Counted from the first letter of the stretch, positions 1 through 7,659 are shown. The stretch is DNA of 32,000 bases from Synechocystis sp. PCC 6803 substr. PCC-P (GCF_000284455.1 NC_017039.1:1380001-1412000), one strand, 5' to 3'. The notes: generated from the letters alone by a model not told the origin. Numbers and translations: made by a program.

Positions 1-917
1 GGGGGAGTGCCTTGCATTGCCAAAATTTCATAGGCTTGCAGAGTAGTTTCTTTTTCTTTGAGGATGATTTGATTGCCGACCCTTGCCTGGTTCTTAATTA
101 CCTGATAAACATCTTGGGAAACTAATAGTTGTGTTCCTTTTAGTTTGTTTGCTGATTCGAGAAGATTGACAATGGCGGCCACCTCACCTAGGGGCGTTAA
201 TAGGGTAGATTGCGCCGCCACCAATGGAACAAAAACAACACTTCCAGAATGAATCCCCATACTTAAATTCAAGGGGCGATAGCGCATTTGATTTAATAAG
301 GTATTTAATTCTTGAACTGATTTAAACATTTCCAAGGCTGCCCAAGTTGCCCTTTCTGCAGCAGAAACATCAAACTCCTTGAGACCAAAAGCAACCAACA
401 TTTTTCGTCCCATGACGTTGGAAATTGTCCCTCCATATTTTTCAATAATTTTTTGCATTTGACTGAAATAGCGTCCCATAACATAGACAATATCGTAGGG
501 AAAATTAACTTCATCAAAATTAGTTGCCCCACGAATATTAGCCATTAATAGGGCAACATTGCGCTCGGTATTGATTGCCCCCGTAGTTAATTGATGATCA
601 ATTAAATCTATATCGCCCTCATCCAACACTAAACGACGGATAGTTGCTGAATTTGATAGTTTTGTTTGACACGCTAGACGGACGTGAAAGGGAAAATCTA
701 ATTTTTTAGCAAGGGCTTGTTCGATACTGGTAGGAGGACTACAATTTTTTATACCATCTAGAACCATAATGCGGCAGGTTGAGCAATTGGCTTTCCCGCC
801 GCACACACTTATGTGGGCAATATCACCCTTTAAAAGGGCATCCAAAATAGTCTCGTTTGAGTCAATTTCCAGTAATCGATTGTCGGGCAAACAGATAAGA
901 GTCGGCACTTTATTCAC
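1..917 (-). CDS. 2Fe-2S ferredoxin-like domain fused to a class III nucleotidyl-cyclase homology domain (C-terminus lies outside the window)
   Basis: Absent from the ORF track because it runs off the window edge. My minus-strand translation from GTG (917-915) is open down to position 3, with an in-frame stop upstream at 947-945. It reads (V)NKVPTLICLPDNRLLEIDSNETILDALLKGDIAHISVCGGKANCSTCRIMVLDG...HVRLACQ (Cys-x5-Cys-x2-Cys-x34-Cys), then NVALLMANIRGAT...KYGGTISNVMGRKMLVAFG...MGIHSGSVV...LGEVAAIVNLLES, which is a cyclase-homology-domain layout. Confidence 0.75.
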   Translation of the reverse strand, partial: MNKVPTLICLPDNRLLEIDSNETILDALLKGDIAHISVCGGKANCSTCRIMVLDGIKNCSPPTSIEQALAKKLDFPFHVRLACQTKLSNSATIRRLVLDEGDIDLIDHQLTTGAINTERNVALLMANIRGATNFDEVNFPYDIVYVMGRYFSQMQKIIEKYGGTISNVMGRKMLVAFGLKEFDVSAAERATWAALEMFKSVQELNTLLNQMRYRPLNLSMGIHSGSVVFVPLVAAQSTLLTPLGEVAAIVNLLESANKLKGTQLLVSQDVYQVIKNQARVGNQIILKEKETTLQAYEILAMQGTP

Positions 918-1112
918 GTTTAAATCTCTTAAATTTCCAGCAAGTCAGTGCTTTTTAATTACTTAAGTTAACTTATTAATCGCGTTTTGCTAATCAATCA
1001 GTTAGGTTAATTAATAGGCATTGCAGATCGAAGAAATAAAAACAAAATTGGTTATAAGTTTTGCTGGTTATATCCTAATTTTGCAACGCCTAAGATTAAA
1101 TTATTACTAATC

Positions 1113-1595
1113 TTAACCTTGCTCTTTCAAGCGAACCATTGCCGAACCAATGGGAATATCTCCATCGACACCCTCTAGCTTAGTGGTGACACGATAAAGA
1201 ACCCGTCCCCCCATTCGTGACATATCAATCCCCGATAATTGCAGTCTTACATAAGTATTAGCCTCAACCGGTTGGTTAAAGTCGATGGTTACTCCCCCAG
1301 GGGACACTTTTGTAGTGGTGGGAATTTCCTTGCCATTAGGATCAAAAGCTTTGACATCAATGGAACGCCCCATGTCAATGGGTAAACTAATGGTGGCCGA
1401 TTCTAAGGAAAATCCGGTAACGGCTAGGGTGATGTAGTGCATATTGCCGGCGGCTCCCACAAAACCAGAATCCGTGACAAAGGGAGTGGTAAAACGCATT
1501 ACCATTTGGGCTTGGGCTGGGAAATTAGCCAAGGGCAACAGAGCTACAGAAATAGCTAAAGCAGACAAAGAACTAACAAGGGGACGAATATTCAT
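1113..1595 (-). CDS. Secreted protein of unknown function (DUF2808-like by recollection)
   Basis: 160-aa ORF with a clear N-terminal signal peptide (MNIRPLVSSLSALAISVALLPLANFPAQA/Q). The remainder looks beta-rich and cyanobacterial-type (VTIDFNQPVEANTYVRLQL...GGRVLYRVT). It lies 34 nt downstream of the redoxin gene on the same strand. Confidence 0.7.
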   Translation of the reverse strand: MNIRPLVSSLSALAISVALLPLANFPAQAQMVMRFTTPFVTDSGFVGAAGNMHYITLAVTGFSLESATISLPIDMGRSIDVKAFDPNGKEIPTTTKVSPGGVTIDFNQPVEANTYVRLQLSGIDMSRMGGRVLYRVTTKLEGVDGDIPIGSAMVRLKEQG

Positions 1596-1629
1596 AGCGT
1601 TAAATTCCTTAAATTAGGAAAAAAATTAG

Positions 1630-2286
1630 TCAATTGCCAACAAAAAGAGACAGTAAAATGGCAATGGCATCCTCAGGTTCGTAGCGAACACGAAAGTCCA
1701 CATTGGCGTAAGCTAGGGCGATATGGCCGCGGCGATCAATTACAAATGTGGCCGGCACGGGTAATAACCATTCTTCGGTGCCATTGTGCTCAGGAATAAC
1801 ACAGCCTGATTGTAAATAAATTTGCTTAACAGCATCGGGAACGGTAAAAACTAATCCATAATCCTGAGCTGTTTGAAAACCACTGTCGCTGAGGAGATCG
1901 TAAGTCAAATCATGACGATCAATGGTTTTTTGAGAAGCAACTAGAGTTTGGGGAGAAATAGCCAGAATTGTCCCTCCCAATGCCCTAATTTTATTAACAA
2001 CCTTTTGATAAGCGCGCAATTCTAAACCACAATAGGGACACCAGTAACCTCGAAAAAACTTAAGTAATATGGGACCAGTCTTTAATTGTTCGGAGAGAAT
2101 GATCGTTTCTCCTTTGGTATTCTTCAGGGTAAAGTCTGGGGCAAAATCTCCTATTCTTAATAGTCTTCGATTTCTAAATTCCTCACTCAGACCTTGAATA
2201 AAATCAGAAAAAATAGCAGCTCTTTCAGGTGAAGACCTTTTCAAAGATTCTTGCTGGAACTTGTATAATTCAATTTGTAAATTCAC
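1630..2286 (-). CDS. AhpC/TSA-redoxin family thioredoxin-fold protein with a WCPYC motif (PRX_like2 type)
   Basis: 218-aa ORF. It reads FAPDFTLKNTKGETIILSEQL...ILLKFFRGYWCPYCGLELRAY...GGTILAISPQ...PATFVIDRRGHI, a typical redoxin fold. It carries a CxxC motif instead of the Prx PxxxTxxC signature. Confidence 0.85.
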   Translation of the reverse strand: MNLQIELYKFQQESLKRSSPERAAIFSDFIQGLSEEFRNRRLLRIGDFAPDFTLKNTKGETIILSEQLKTGPILLKFFRGYWCPYCGLELRAYQKVVNKIRALGGTILAISPQTLVASQKTIDRHDLTYDLLSDSGFQTAQDYGLVFTVPDAVKQIYLQSGCVIPEHNGTEEWLLPVPATFVIDRRGHIALAYANVDFRVRYEPEDAIAILLSLFVGN

Positions 2287-2365
2287 AATCTTTCCGGAGA
2301 TAGCTGGAGGCTATAACCCATCATATCCCCTAAAGATTGCCCTAATTGAACAAATTCCCGGAGAT

Positions 2366-2782
2366 CTACTTGACTTCACTGGCGGGAAACATGGCGACCC
2401 GGCCTCCTTTTACTGCCACAACTACGTCGTAGGTTGCACAATAGGAAAAGGTAACATCGTTCTTTTTACTGTACAGATTGACAACCATTCCAGCGCCCCC
2501 CGGTTGCACTCCTAATGGTTCTAGATCACCGTAAAAAAATCGCCTCAATTGGTCTCCACTGCCTGTTTTTCCTTTACTGGCGATAATAAGTTCGATCTGT
2601 TCTTGGCTTGCCGAAGGGGGAGCGGCGATCGCCGTACTTTGAGTTTGGGGTAGAAAACTGTGAAGGGCGACATCTCCTAGGCCAATCATGCCAGCCAGAA
2701 TAAGGGGGGTTAGCAAAGAACTAACGGTTTTTAGTCTTAACATCGAGTTTTTAGGAATGGGAATTATTGATTGAGATATCAT
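2366..2782 (-). CDS. Small exported/membrane-anchored hypothetical protein
   Basis: The track ORF 2366..2962 overlaps the LysR start, so the plausible starts are the internal ATGs at 2782 (MISQSIIPIPKNSMLRLK...) or 2743 (MLRLKTVSSLLTPLILAGMIGLG..., signal-like). It is the first gene of the same-strand run 2782->1113. Confidence 0.55.
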   Translation of the reverse strand: MISQSIIPIPKNSMLRLKTVSSLLTPLILAGMIGLGDVALHSFLPQTQSTAIAAPPSASQEQIELIIASKGKTGSGDQLRRFFYGDLEPLGVQPGGAGMVVNLYSKKNDVTFSYCATYDVVVAVKGGRVAMFPASEVK

Positions 2783-2854
2783 TGCCTGTTTTTTTTTCGA
2801 TGGGAAGCCGGCAAAATAGAATATGCCATATGCCAGATTGGAATAGGTATTGCG

Positions 2855-3763
2855 ATGGATCGTCTTGCTTGTATGCAGAGCTTTGTTCGAGCAATTGAAA
2901 TGAATAGCTTTTCCGCCGCCGCGAGGGAGCAACAAACAACTCAACCAACTATCAGTAAACAAATTGCCGCCTTGGAAAAATATCTGGGGGTACGGTTAAT
3001 CACTCGCTCCACTACCAAACTAAATTTGACAGAGGAAGGGAAACAATATTATCAATACTGTCAACAAATTTTAGAAACAGTTGCTGAAGCTGAAGCAAGT
3101 TTAGAAGGTAAAGAAAAAGCCGTTGGCACCTTACGGCTGGGTTGTTCAGTCCTATTCGGCGAAATGCAAATTGTGCCCCGCTTAAGTCTGTTTATCGCCC
3201 GTTATCCCCAGGTCAAAATAGATTTAATGATGGCCGACTATTTTGTTGATATGGTGCAGGAAGGACTAGATCTTGCTATTCGTATTGGAAATCATCAAGA
3301 TAAGGCTCTAATTAGTGAAAGAATTGGTATTACTCGTCGTGTAACAGTCGCCAGTACCAGTTATTTTGAAAAATCAGGAGAACCGAAAACACCAGAGGAA
3401 TTGACCAGACACAACTGTATTGTATACACATCCTTGTCCACCATTAATGAATGGCATTTTCATGGAAAAAATGGAGTCATTGCAATCAATGTTAAAGGTA
3501 GTTTTCAAACCAATAGCTCCGTTGCTGTGCGAGCCGCAGTTTTATCAGATTTAGGCATTGCAATTGCTCCCATCTGGATGTTTGGTGACGATATTTACCA
3601 GGGGAATCTTAAAGTTGTTTTACAGGATTATCAACCCGTCCCTTTTCCCATTTATGCGGTCTATCGTCGCAGTCGCTTTTATCCTGCCAAAGTTCATTGC
3701 TTTATTGATTTTTTGCGGGAAGAATTTAAGCTAGATCCCTGGGTTTCTGATTATGGTGTTTAG
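2855..3763 (+). CDS. LysR-family transcriptional regulator
   Basis: The ATG at 2855 gives MDRLACMQSFVRAIEMNSFSAAAREQQTTQPTISKQIAALEKYLGVRLITRST, a canonical LysR wHTH N-terminus. Length is 302 aa with a typical substrate-binding C-terminal half. The track ORF (from 2771) has an unlikely 28-aa extension. Confidence 0.9.
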   Translation: MDRLACMQSFVRAIEMNSFSAAAREQQTTQPTISKQIAALEKYLGVRLITRSTTKLNLTEEGKQYYQYCQQILETVAEAEASLEGKEKAVGTLRLGCSVLFGEMQIVPRLSLFIARYPQVKIDLMMADYFVDMVQEGLDLAIRIGNHQDKALISERIGITRRVTVASTSYFEKSGEPKTPEELTRHNCIVYTSLSTINEWHFHGKNGVIAINVKGSFQTNSSVAVRAAVLSDLGIAIAPIWMFGDDIYQGNLKVVLQDYQPVPFPIYAVYRRSRFYPAKVHCFIDFLREEFKLDPWVSDYGV

Positions 3764-4687
3764 AGCCCATTTATAAAGTCTTATAATGGATAGCAAGTAA
3801 GAGAAGAAAAAAAGGAAAACTAAGAGTAAGAGCAGAAGGAGACAAAGAGTATGAAAAGTCTGACAGCCTATGAAACAGACCTGAGCGATGCAGAATGGGC
3901 AATAGTTGAACCAATGATTCCTCCCGCAAAGCCCGGAGGACACCCACGAACCACAGATATGCGAGCGGTTTGTAATGGTATTTACTACCAACTAAAAACG
4001 GGTTGTCAATGGGCAGGGCAATGTTACCCCATGACTTTCCTCCTAGTAGCACGGTCTATAGCTATTATCGTAAATGGCAACGTCATGGCGTGTGGGAAAG
4101 GCTCAATCTAAGGCTGCTGGAGCAATGCCGCCTCTAGAGTGGCAAGAGCCTTCAACCTAGCGTAATAGCGGCAGATAGCCAATCGGTAAAAACCACCGAA
4201 AAAAGGGGGAAGTCTACGGTTTTGACGGAGGTAAGAAGGTGAAAGGGCGAAAGCGTCATCTAATCGTCGATAGTCTGGGCTTAGTCTTAAAAGTGATAGT
4301 GACCGAAGCAAATGCAAGTGAACGTATCGTCACAGCTTATGCTCTGATGAGTTTGCTTAAAGAAGGAACTCAACTCCTCGAGTCTGTCAAGAGCATGTTA
4401 GTAGACCAGGGTTATCGAGGTGATACCTTTGGGTTAGCCATCTGGCTCTTAACTCAAGCCAAAGTCCAGGTGATTAGTCGTTCAGGGAAGTCTTTTGAGG
4501 TCTTACCAAAAAGATGGATTGTCGATAGGACGTTCAGTTGGCAGCGCTTTTGTTGCCCCCTCTGTCGAAGCGGTGACAATGGACAAAACTACACGGTGGA
4601 GACTTTTAAAGGAAGTTACAGTGACAATGAGAGCCTTTTAACAAGCCAACCTTGGTGGGGTAATAGTGATTTAGCATTTGGGGCTCT
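3762..4687 (+). mobile_element. Decayed IS5-family (IS1031/IS427-like) insertion sequence, about 0.93 kb; ends approximate
   Basis: IS5-type transposase reading frames run from 3851 to about 4545. The termini AGAGCCC (3762-3768) and GGGCTCT (4681-4687) form a short inverted repeat, followed by partial further matches (TAAA, TC, TAT). Size fits the IS1031 group. A 7-bp terminal match alone is weak statistically, so the boundaries are tentative. Confidence 0.5.
3851..4545 (+). pseudogene. IS5-family DDE transposase, disrupted (frameshift, in-frame stop, second frame change, divergent 3' end)
   Basis: Frame A (3851-4015) reads MKSLTAYETDLSDAEWAIVEPMIPPAKPGGHPRTTDMRAVCNGIYYQLKTGCQW. The expected continuation (A)MLPHDFPPSSTVYSYYRKWQRHGVWERLNLRLLEQCRL is in another frame from 4018, so an indel lies within 4013-4020. 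There is an in-frame TAG at 4135-4137. The same frame then reads SGKSLQPSVIAADSQSVKTTEK. The frame changes again at the A6G5 run 4199-4209 into KKGEVYGFDGGKKVKGRKRHLIVDSLGLVLKVIVTEANASE...LVDQGYRGD...LPKRWIVDRTFSW. After about 4545 the usual RRLSKDYE-type C-terminus is not recognisable. Confidence 0.65.
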
Positions 4688-4780
4688 GAGTCAAGTAGAA
4701 GGAGAACTTGGTTTTCCTAATAACACCTTGGATGGAATAGCCGGGCCACTCTTCGCCTTTGACTTTTCTGCTTGAGAGTC

Positions 4781-5511
4781 TCAAGAAAGTAATGAAAGGC
4801 GCCAGTTGCGTAATAGTTCTATGTTACCATTGACCCTGAATTTGGCAAATATTGCCATGGTGATATTAACCATGTGGGCTGACCTGGAGATAACTTTCGT
4901 GGGGCGATGAAATCTAGCAAGCCAATGGCGATTATCTGAGTTGTTTCTCTCAATTCCTACTGTTTCTCTTTTGCTAATCCCATGAAACGCATCAGGATGT
5001 TCATCCAGCAGTTGTTGATAGGGCCTCCAGTCATCGGTACAGGACACTGTCACTTTCCACTTTGCCAGTCTCTCCAGCAAACGACTCAGGGTTTGACTAT
5101 CACGATTTCCCAGTTCCCAGTCGATGAGTCTCCCAGTAACACGGTCATATGCCTTCCAGAGCCATAACTTGTTTTTTTGGCCTGAAGAAAATGCCACAGT
5201 TCGTCTAATTCCACTACGATCGCTGAGTCTGGAGCCGGTTTCTCGTAGTTTGCTTCGCCAAAATCCCTAATCCAGTTGAGCAGTGACTGAGTGGAAACTC
5301 CCAAGAGTTTTGCTGTGGCATTCATTGACATACCACCCATGTACAATAAGACCGCTTCTAGTTTCATCCAGAGAAGTTTACCCCGTTCCTTGGAGAGATT
5401 GGTAAATTTATATTGGCACCTCTTACATTTGAATCGTTGCTTCCCCTTGACAAAGCCATTTTTGACGACATTCCCATGACCACATTGAGGACAGTGACAG
5501 TGTGTAGACAT
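4781..5511 (-). CDS. IS1-family InsAB' transposase (requires a -1 ribosomal frameshift at 5172-5178)
   Basis: The upstream frame reads ...IVVELDELWHFLQAKK. A -1 shift on the A7 run continues NKLWLWKAYDRVTGRLIDWELGNRDSQTLSRLLERL...VSCTDDWRPYQQLL. This matches the IS1 InsAB' pattern (E.DE.W.F..KK.K.W.W.A.DR.T). Confidence 0.75.
5086..5511 (-). CDS. IS1-family InsA-like protein (zinc-finger + HTH)
   Basis: MSTHCHCPQCGHGNVVKNGFVKGKQRFKCKRCQYKF carries a CxxC...CxxC zinc finger. It is followed by an HTH-like segment, SMNATAKLLGVSTQSLLNWIRDF. Confidence 0.8.
   Translation of the reverse strand: MSTHCHCPQCGHGNVVKNGFVKGKQRFKCKRCQYKFTNLSKERGKLLWMKLEAVLLYMGGMSMNATAKLLGVSTQSLLNWIRDFGEANYEKPAPDSAIVVELDELWHFLQAKKTSYGSGRHMTVLLGDSSTGNWEIVIVKP
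5172..5178 (-). other. A7 slippery run (T7 on the + strand) at the insA/insB frame junction
   Basis: The coding strand reads CAG GCC AAA AAA ACA, and the two transposase frames overlap exactly here. This is the same kind of A-rich motif used by IS1 for programmed -1 frameshifting. Confidence 0.65.
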
Positions 5512-5604
5512 CTTTGCAAAAGCTCATTACCCAATATTCCCTATCATCCTACGTCATTATCTATTTGAAATTCTCGAAAATTTTATTGCTGATTCTTGAC
5601 AGGA

Positions 5605-5946
5605 TTATTTTTCCTCTTCGCCTTCTTGGAAAGTCACACTAGGGGAAGCATCAAAAATGGCGTTCAACTTTTCCCTGGCATCGTCAACATTGACGGAGCG
5701 CATCACCAATAAGGGCTCACTGATGGGGCGACCCTGGTCATCGAACAACTCCGGGTGACTGCTCTGGCCAAAGCGACGGGAAAAACTGTTGGGTGGAGTG
5801 CGCTGGCTGCCCATGCTGACGGAAATTAAGCTCCGAATTAGGTTGCTAACAGCAAGGAAGGCAATCACGGTGAAGGCCAAAATATAAATAAGATGCAGCA
5901 CTGAAATTTTCCCCAATTGTTCAATGGCGACCCCGCTGAGCGCCAT
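5605..5946 (-). CDS. Small conserved cyanobacterial membrane protein (one N-terminal TM helix, acidic C-terminus)
   Basis: 113-aa ORF containing the TM segment VLHLIYILAFTVIAFLAVSNLIRSLI. I remember this signature from a cyanobacteria-only DUF family, but did not verify it. Confidence 0.7.
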   Translation of the reverse strand: MALSGVAIEQLGKISVLHLIYILAFTVIAFLAVSNLIRSLISVSMGSQRTPPNSFSRRFGQSSHPELFDDQGRPISEPLLVMRSVNVDDAREKLNAIFDASPSVTFQEGEEEK

Positions 5947-6066
5947 GGTAGAAAAATTTTTTCAGCATGGAACCGGGCAGGAAAAATTTAGGAACGATCG
6001 CCTGAGTCTTGTTCTAGCTTAACAAGATTTTCCGCCGTTGACAGGAATTATCTAGGTCCAGGAGGT

Positions 6067-7323
6067 CTATTGGGGAGTGGCGTAGAGGTCCCTACTGCGG
6101 CCAATGCAAAACCTGAGGGAACGGCCGATGGTGGGGTTGGAAAAAATGCCAAAAACCATGATTGCCGCCAGGGCTAATCCGCCGCTGAGCCAAAATACAT
6201 GGCGGTAACCAAATATCTCGTTCAGTACGCCCATAATGGGAGCGGCAATGGCAATGCCTCCATCAAAACCGCTCATGCACACGGAGAAAACCCTTCCCCT
6301 TTCCTCCAGGGAGGAACGATCGGAAATTAGGGCGATGGTGGTGGGTAATAAAATGCCACTACCTGCTCCTTCGAGGGCGGCTGCGGTCAATAATTCCCAA
6401 GAGTTATCCGCTTGGGCAAGGCACACCATAGACAGCAAATAGCAAATCAGGCTACCGACAATGAATAGCCCCCGACCATAGGTATCCGCCAAGGAACCAA
6501 GGAAGAGGCGGGGCACAAAACTGGCGATCGCCGCCACACTGTAAAAAACTCCCGCATAGGTAGCTAGGTCAATTTCCCGCACAAACAGGGGCAAAAAAGT
6601 GGCCAAGTTACCGAACAAAAGCCCAATCAGCAGTAACACCAAGGTGGGTACGGCCATGGAGCGACTGGTGAGGAGTTTGCCGATGGAACGGGGTCGGGGG
6701 CGATCGCCGAAAACATCCTCTGCTGACGATTGATCTGGGGGACGGTTTTCCCGCACCTGTAGGGCCAAAACCAGGGAAATAAAGCCCAACAGGGAAGAGG
6801 CAATGAATAGGAATTCGTAGCCAATGCTTTGGGAAATGTAAGCCCCCACAGCCGGCCCAAATCCCATACCAATAGGCACCGCTAAACTCATATAGCCAAT
6901 AATTTCCCCCCGTTGTTGGGGTGGGGATAAATCCACCACTAGGGAGTTATAGCCGGTGGTATAGGCAGCCAAGCAAATGCCGTGAAAAGCTCGAATGGCC
7001 ATTAAAGCTCCCACAGTGGCGGTGAGTAGGTATCCCAAGGGGGCCAGAGCCACAACCAATGCACCAATGACAATGGCAATTTTTCTCCCCCGGCGATCAA
7101 CCAACTGACCAATCCAAATTCTGGACCCCAACAGGCCAAGGGCGAAACTCCCCATAATCCAACCCACTTGTTGTTTCGTTGCTCCCACATCCTGGGCATA
7201 CATGGGCAGAGTGGGAAGAAGGGCAGTGAGGCTGAGCCAAAACATCAGCACTGAAGCAAACAACAGAGCAAAAGTTTTCTGGGTGGAGGGAGATAGTTGA
7301 CGGAGGGTCTGGAAAGAACTCAC
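6067..7323 (-). CDS. Major facilitator superfamily transporter (drug-efflux-like)
   Basis: 418 aa with about 12 hydrophobic segments. It carries the MFS loop 2-3 motif GQLVDRRGRK and a second-half motif, LADTYGRG. Confidence 0.9.
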   Translation of the reverse strand: MSSFQTLRQLSPSTQKTFALLFASVLMFWLSLTALLPTLPMYAQDVGATKQQVGWIMGSFALGLLGSRIWIGQLVDRRGRKIAIVIGALVVALAPLGYLLTATVGALMAIRAFHGICLAAYTTGYNSLVVDLSPPQQRGEIIGYMSLAVPIGMGFGPAVGAYISQSIGYEFLFIASSLLGFISLVLALQVRENRPPDQSSAEDVFGDRPRPRSIGKLLTSRSMAVPTLVLLLIGLLFGNLATFLPLFVREIDLATYAGVFYSVAAIASFVPRLFLGSLADTYGRGLFIVGSLICYLLSMVCLAQADNSWELLTAAALEGAGSGILLPTTIALISDRSSLEERGRVFSVCMSGFDGGIAIAAPIMGVLNEIFGYRHVFWLSGGLALAAIMVFGIFSNPTIGRSLRFCIGRSRDLYATPQ

Positions 7324-7596
7324 GGAATAATCTGCTGGGGAGGAAATGAGGCAAAGGGCAACTGCTTAAGGTTTCTTTACAGTTTGCTTTTCCATGATAG
7401 ACCCAAAATTCCTTACCAGGGTGAGCGGGGCGTGGGGAAGCCAAATCGGTCTGCGATGGTGAAATTGAACATTTTGTAGATCAATCTGGGGAGGGTTGAC
7501 AGGGTTAACCCCCCACTCTCAACAGGCAATAACTTTCAGTTTTTTTCAAGGGATAACCACAAAAAAACAAGAATATTTCGACCAATTACTTGCCGG

Positions 7597-7659
7597 CTTA
7601 ATCTTTTCTTAATTCTATCTTAATTTCGACTTAATCAACTGATTAACTCCCCTTAAAAT
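7597..7659 (+). promoter_or_regulatory. Pho-box array: six 8-bp PyTTAAPyPy(T/A)-like repeats at exact 11-bp phasing (SphR/PhoB-type site) upstream of pstS
   Basis: The repeats are CTTAATCT (7597), CTTAATTC (7608), CTTAATTT (7619), CTTAATCA (7630), GATTAACT (7641) and CTTAAAAT (7652). A possible -10 element TATGGT sits at 7675-7680, 15 nt after the last box. Confidence 0.7.

Larger units (their letters stand above)
4730..5532 (-). mobile_element. IS1-family insertion sequence (apparently intact); left end uncertain (4730 or 4788)
   Basis: The right end reads GGGTAATGAG on the element strand (5523-5532), resembling the E. coli IS1 terminal repeat GGTAATGAC as I remember it. Left-end candidates are AGTAATGAA (4788-4796) or a gapped match TTGGATGGAATAGC (4728-4741). 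insA/insB-type ORFs with an A7 slippery run lie in between. I found no flanking direct repeat for either boundary choice. Confidence 0.7.

Noticed and set aside
1091-1115. AT-only inverted repeat TAAGATTA-N9-TAATCTTA at the stop codon of the 1113..1595 gene, considered as a terminator.
   Set aside because: The stem is 8 bp of A/T only, with no following U tract in the direction of transcription. It is too weak to call.
2783-2962. N-terminal 60-aa extension of ORF 2366..2962, and the 28-aa extension of the LysR ORF (2771-2854).
   Set aside because: The two extensions overlap each other on opposite strands. The LysR N-terminus at 2855 is canonical, and internal ATGs at 2782 and 2743 give a sensible signal-peptide protein.
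4239-4775. The 178-aa ORF read as one intact protein.
   Set aside because: Only its first ~100 codons are transposase-like. The tail (QRFCCPLCRSGDNG... onward) has no family resemblance. It runs through the predicted right end of the IS5-like element and into the neighbouring IS1-like element. I treat it as read-through of a pseudogene.
6007-6031. Hairpin TCTTGTT-N7-AACAAGA followed by TTTT, between the MFS gene end and the small membrane-protein gene start.
   Set aside because: The T run follows the stem only on the + strand, where no upstream + strand gene exists. On the minus strand, where it could terminate the MFS gene, there is no U tract. Its function is therefore unclear.
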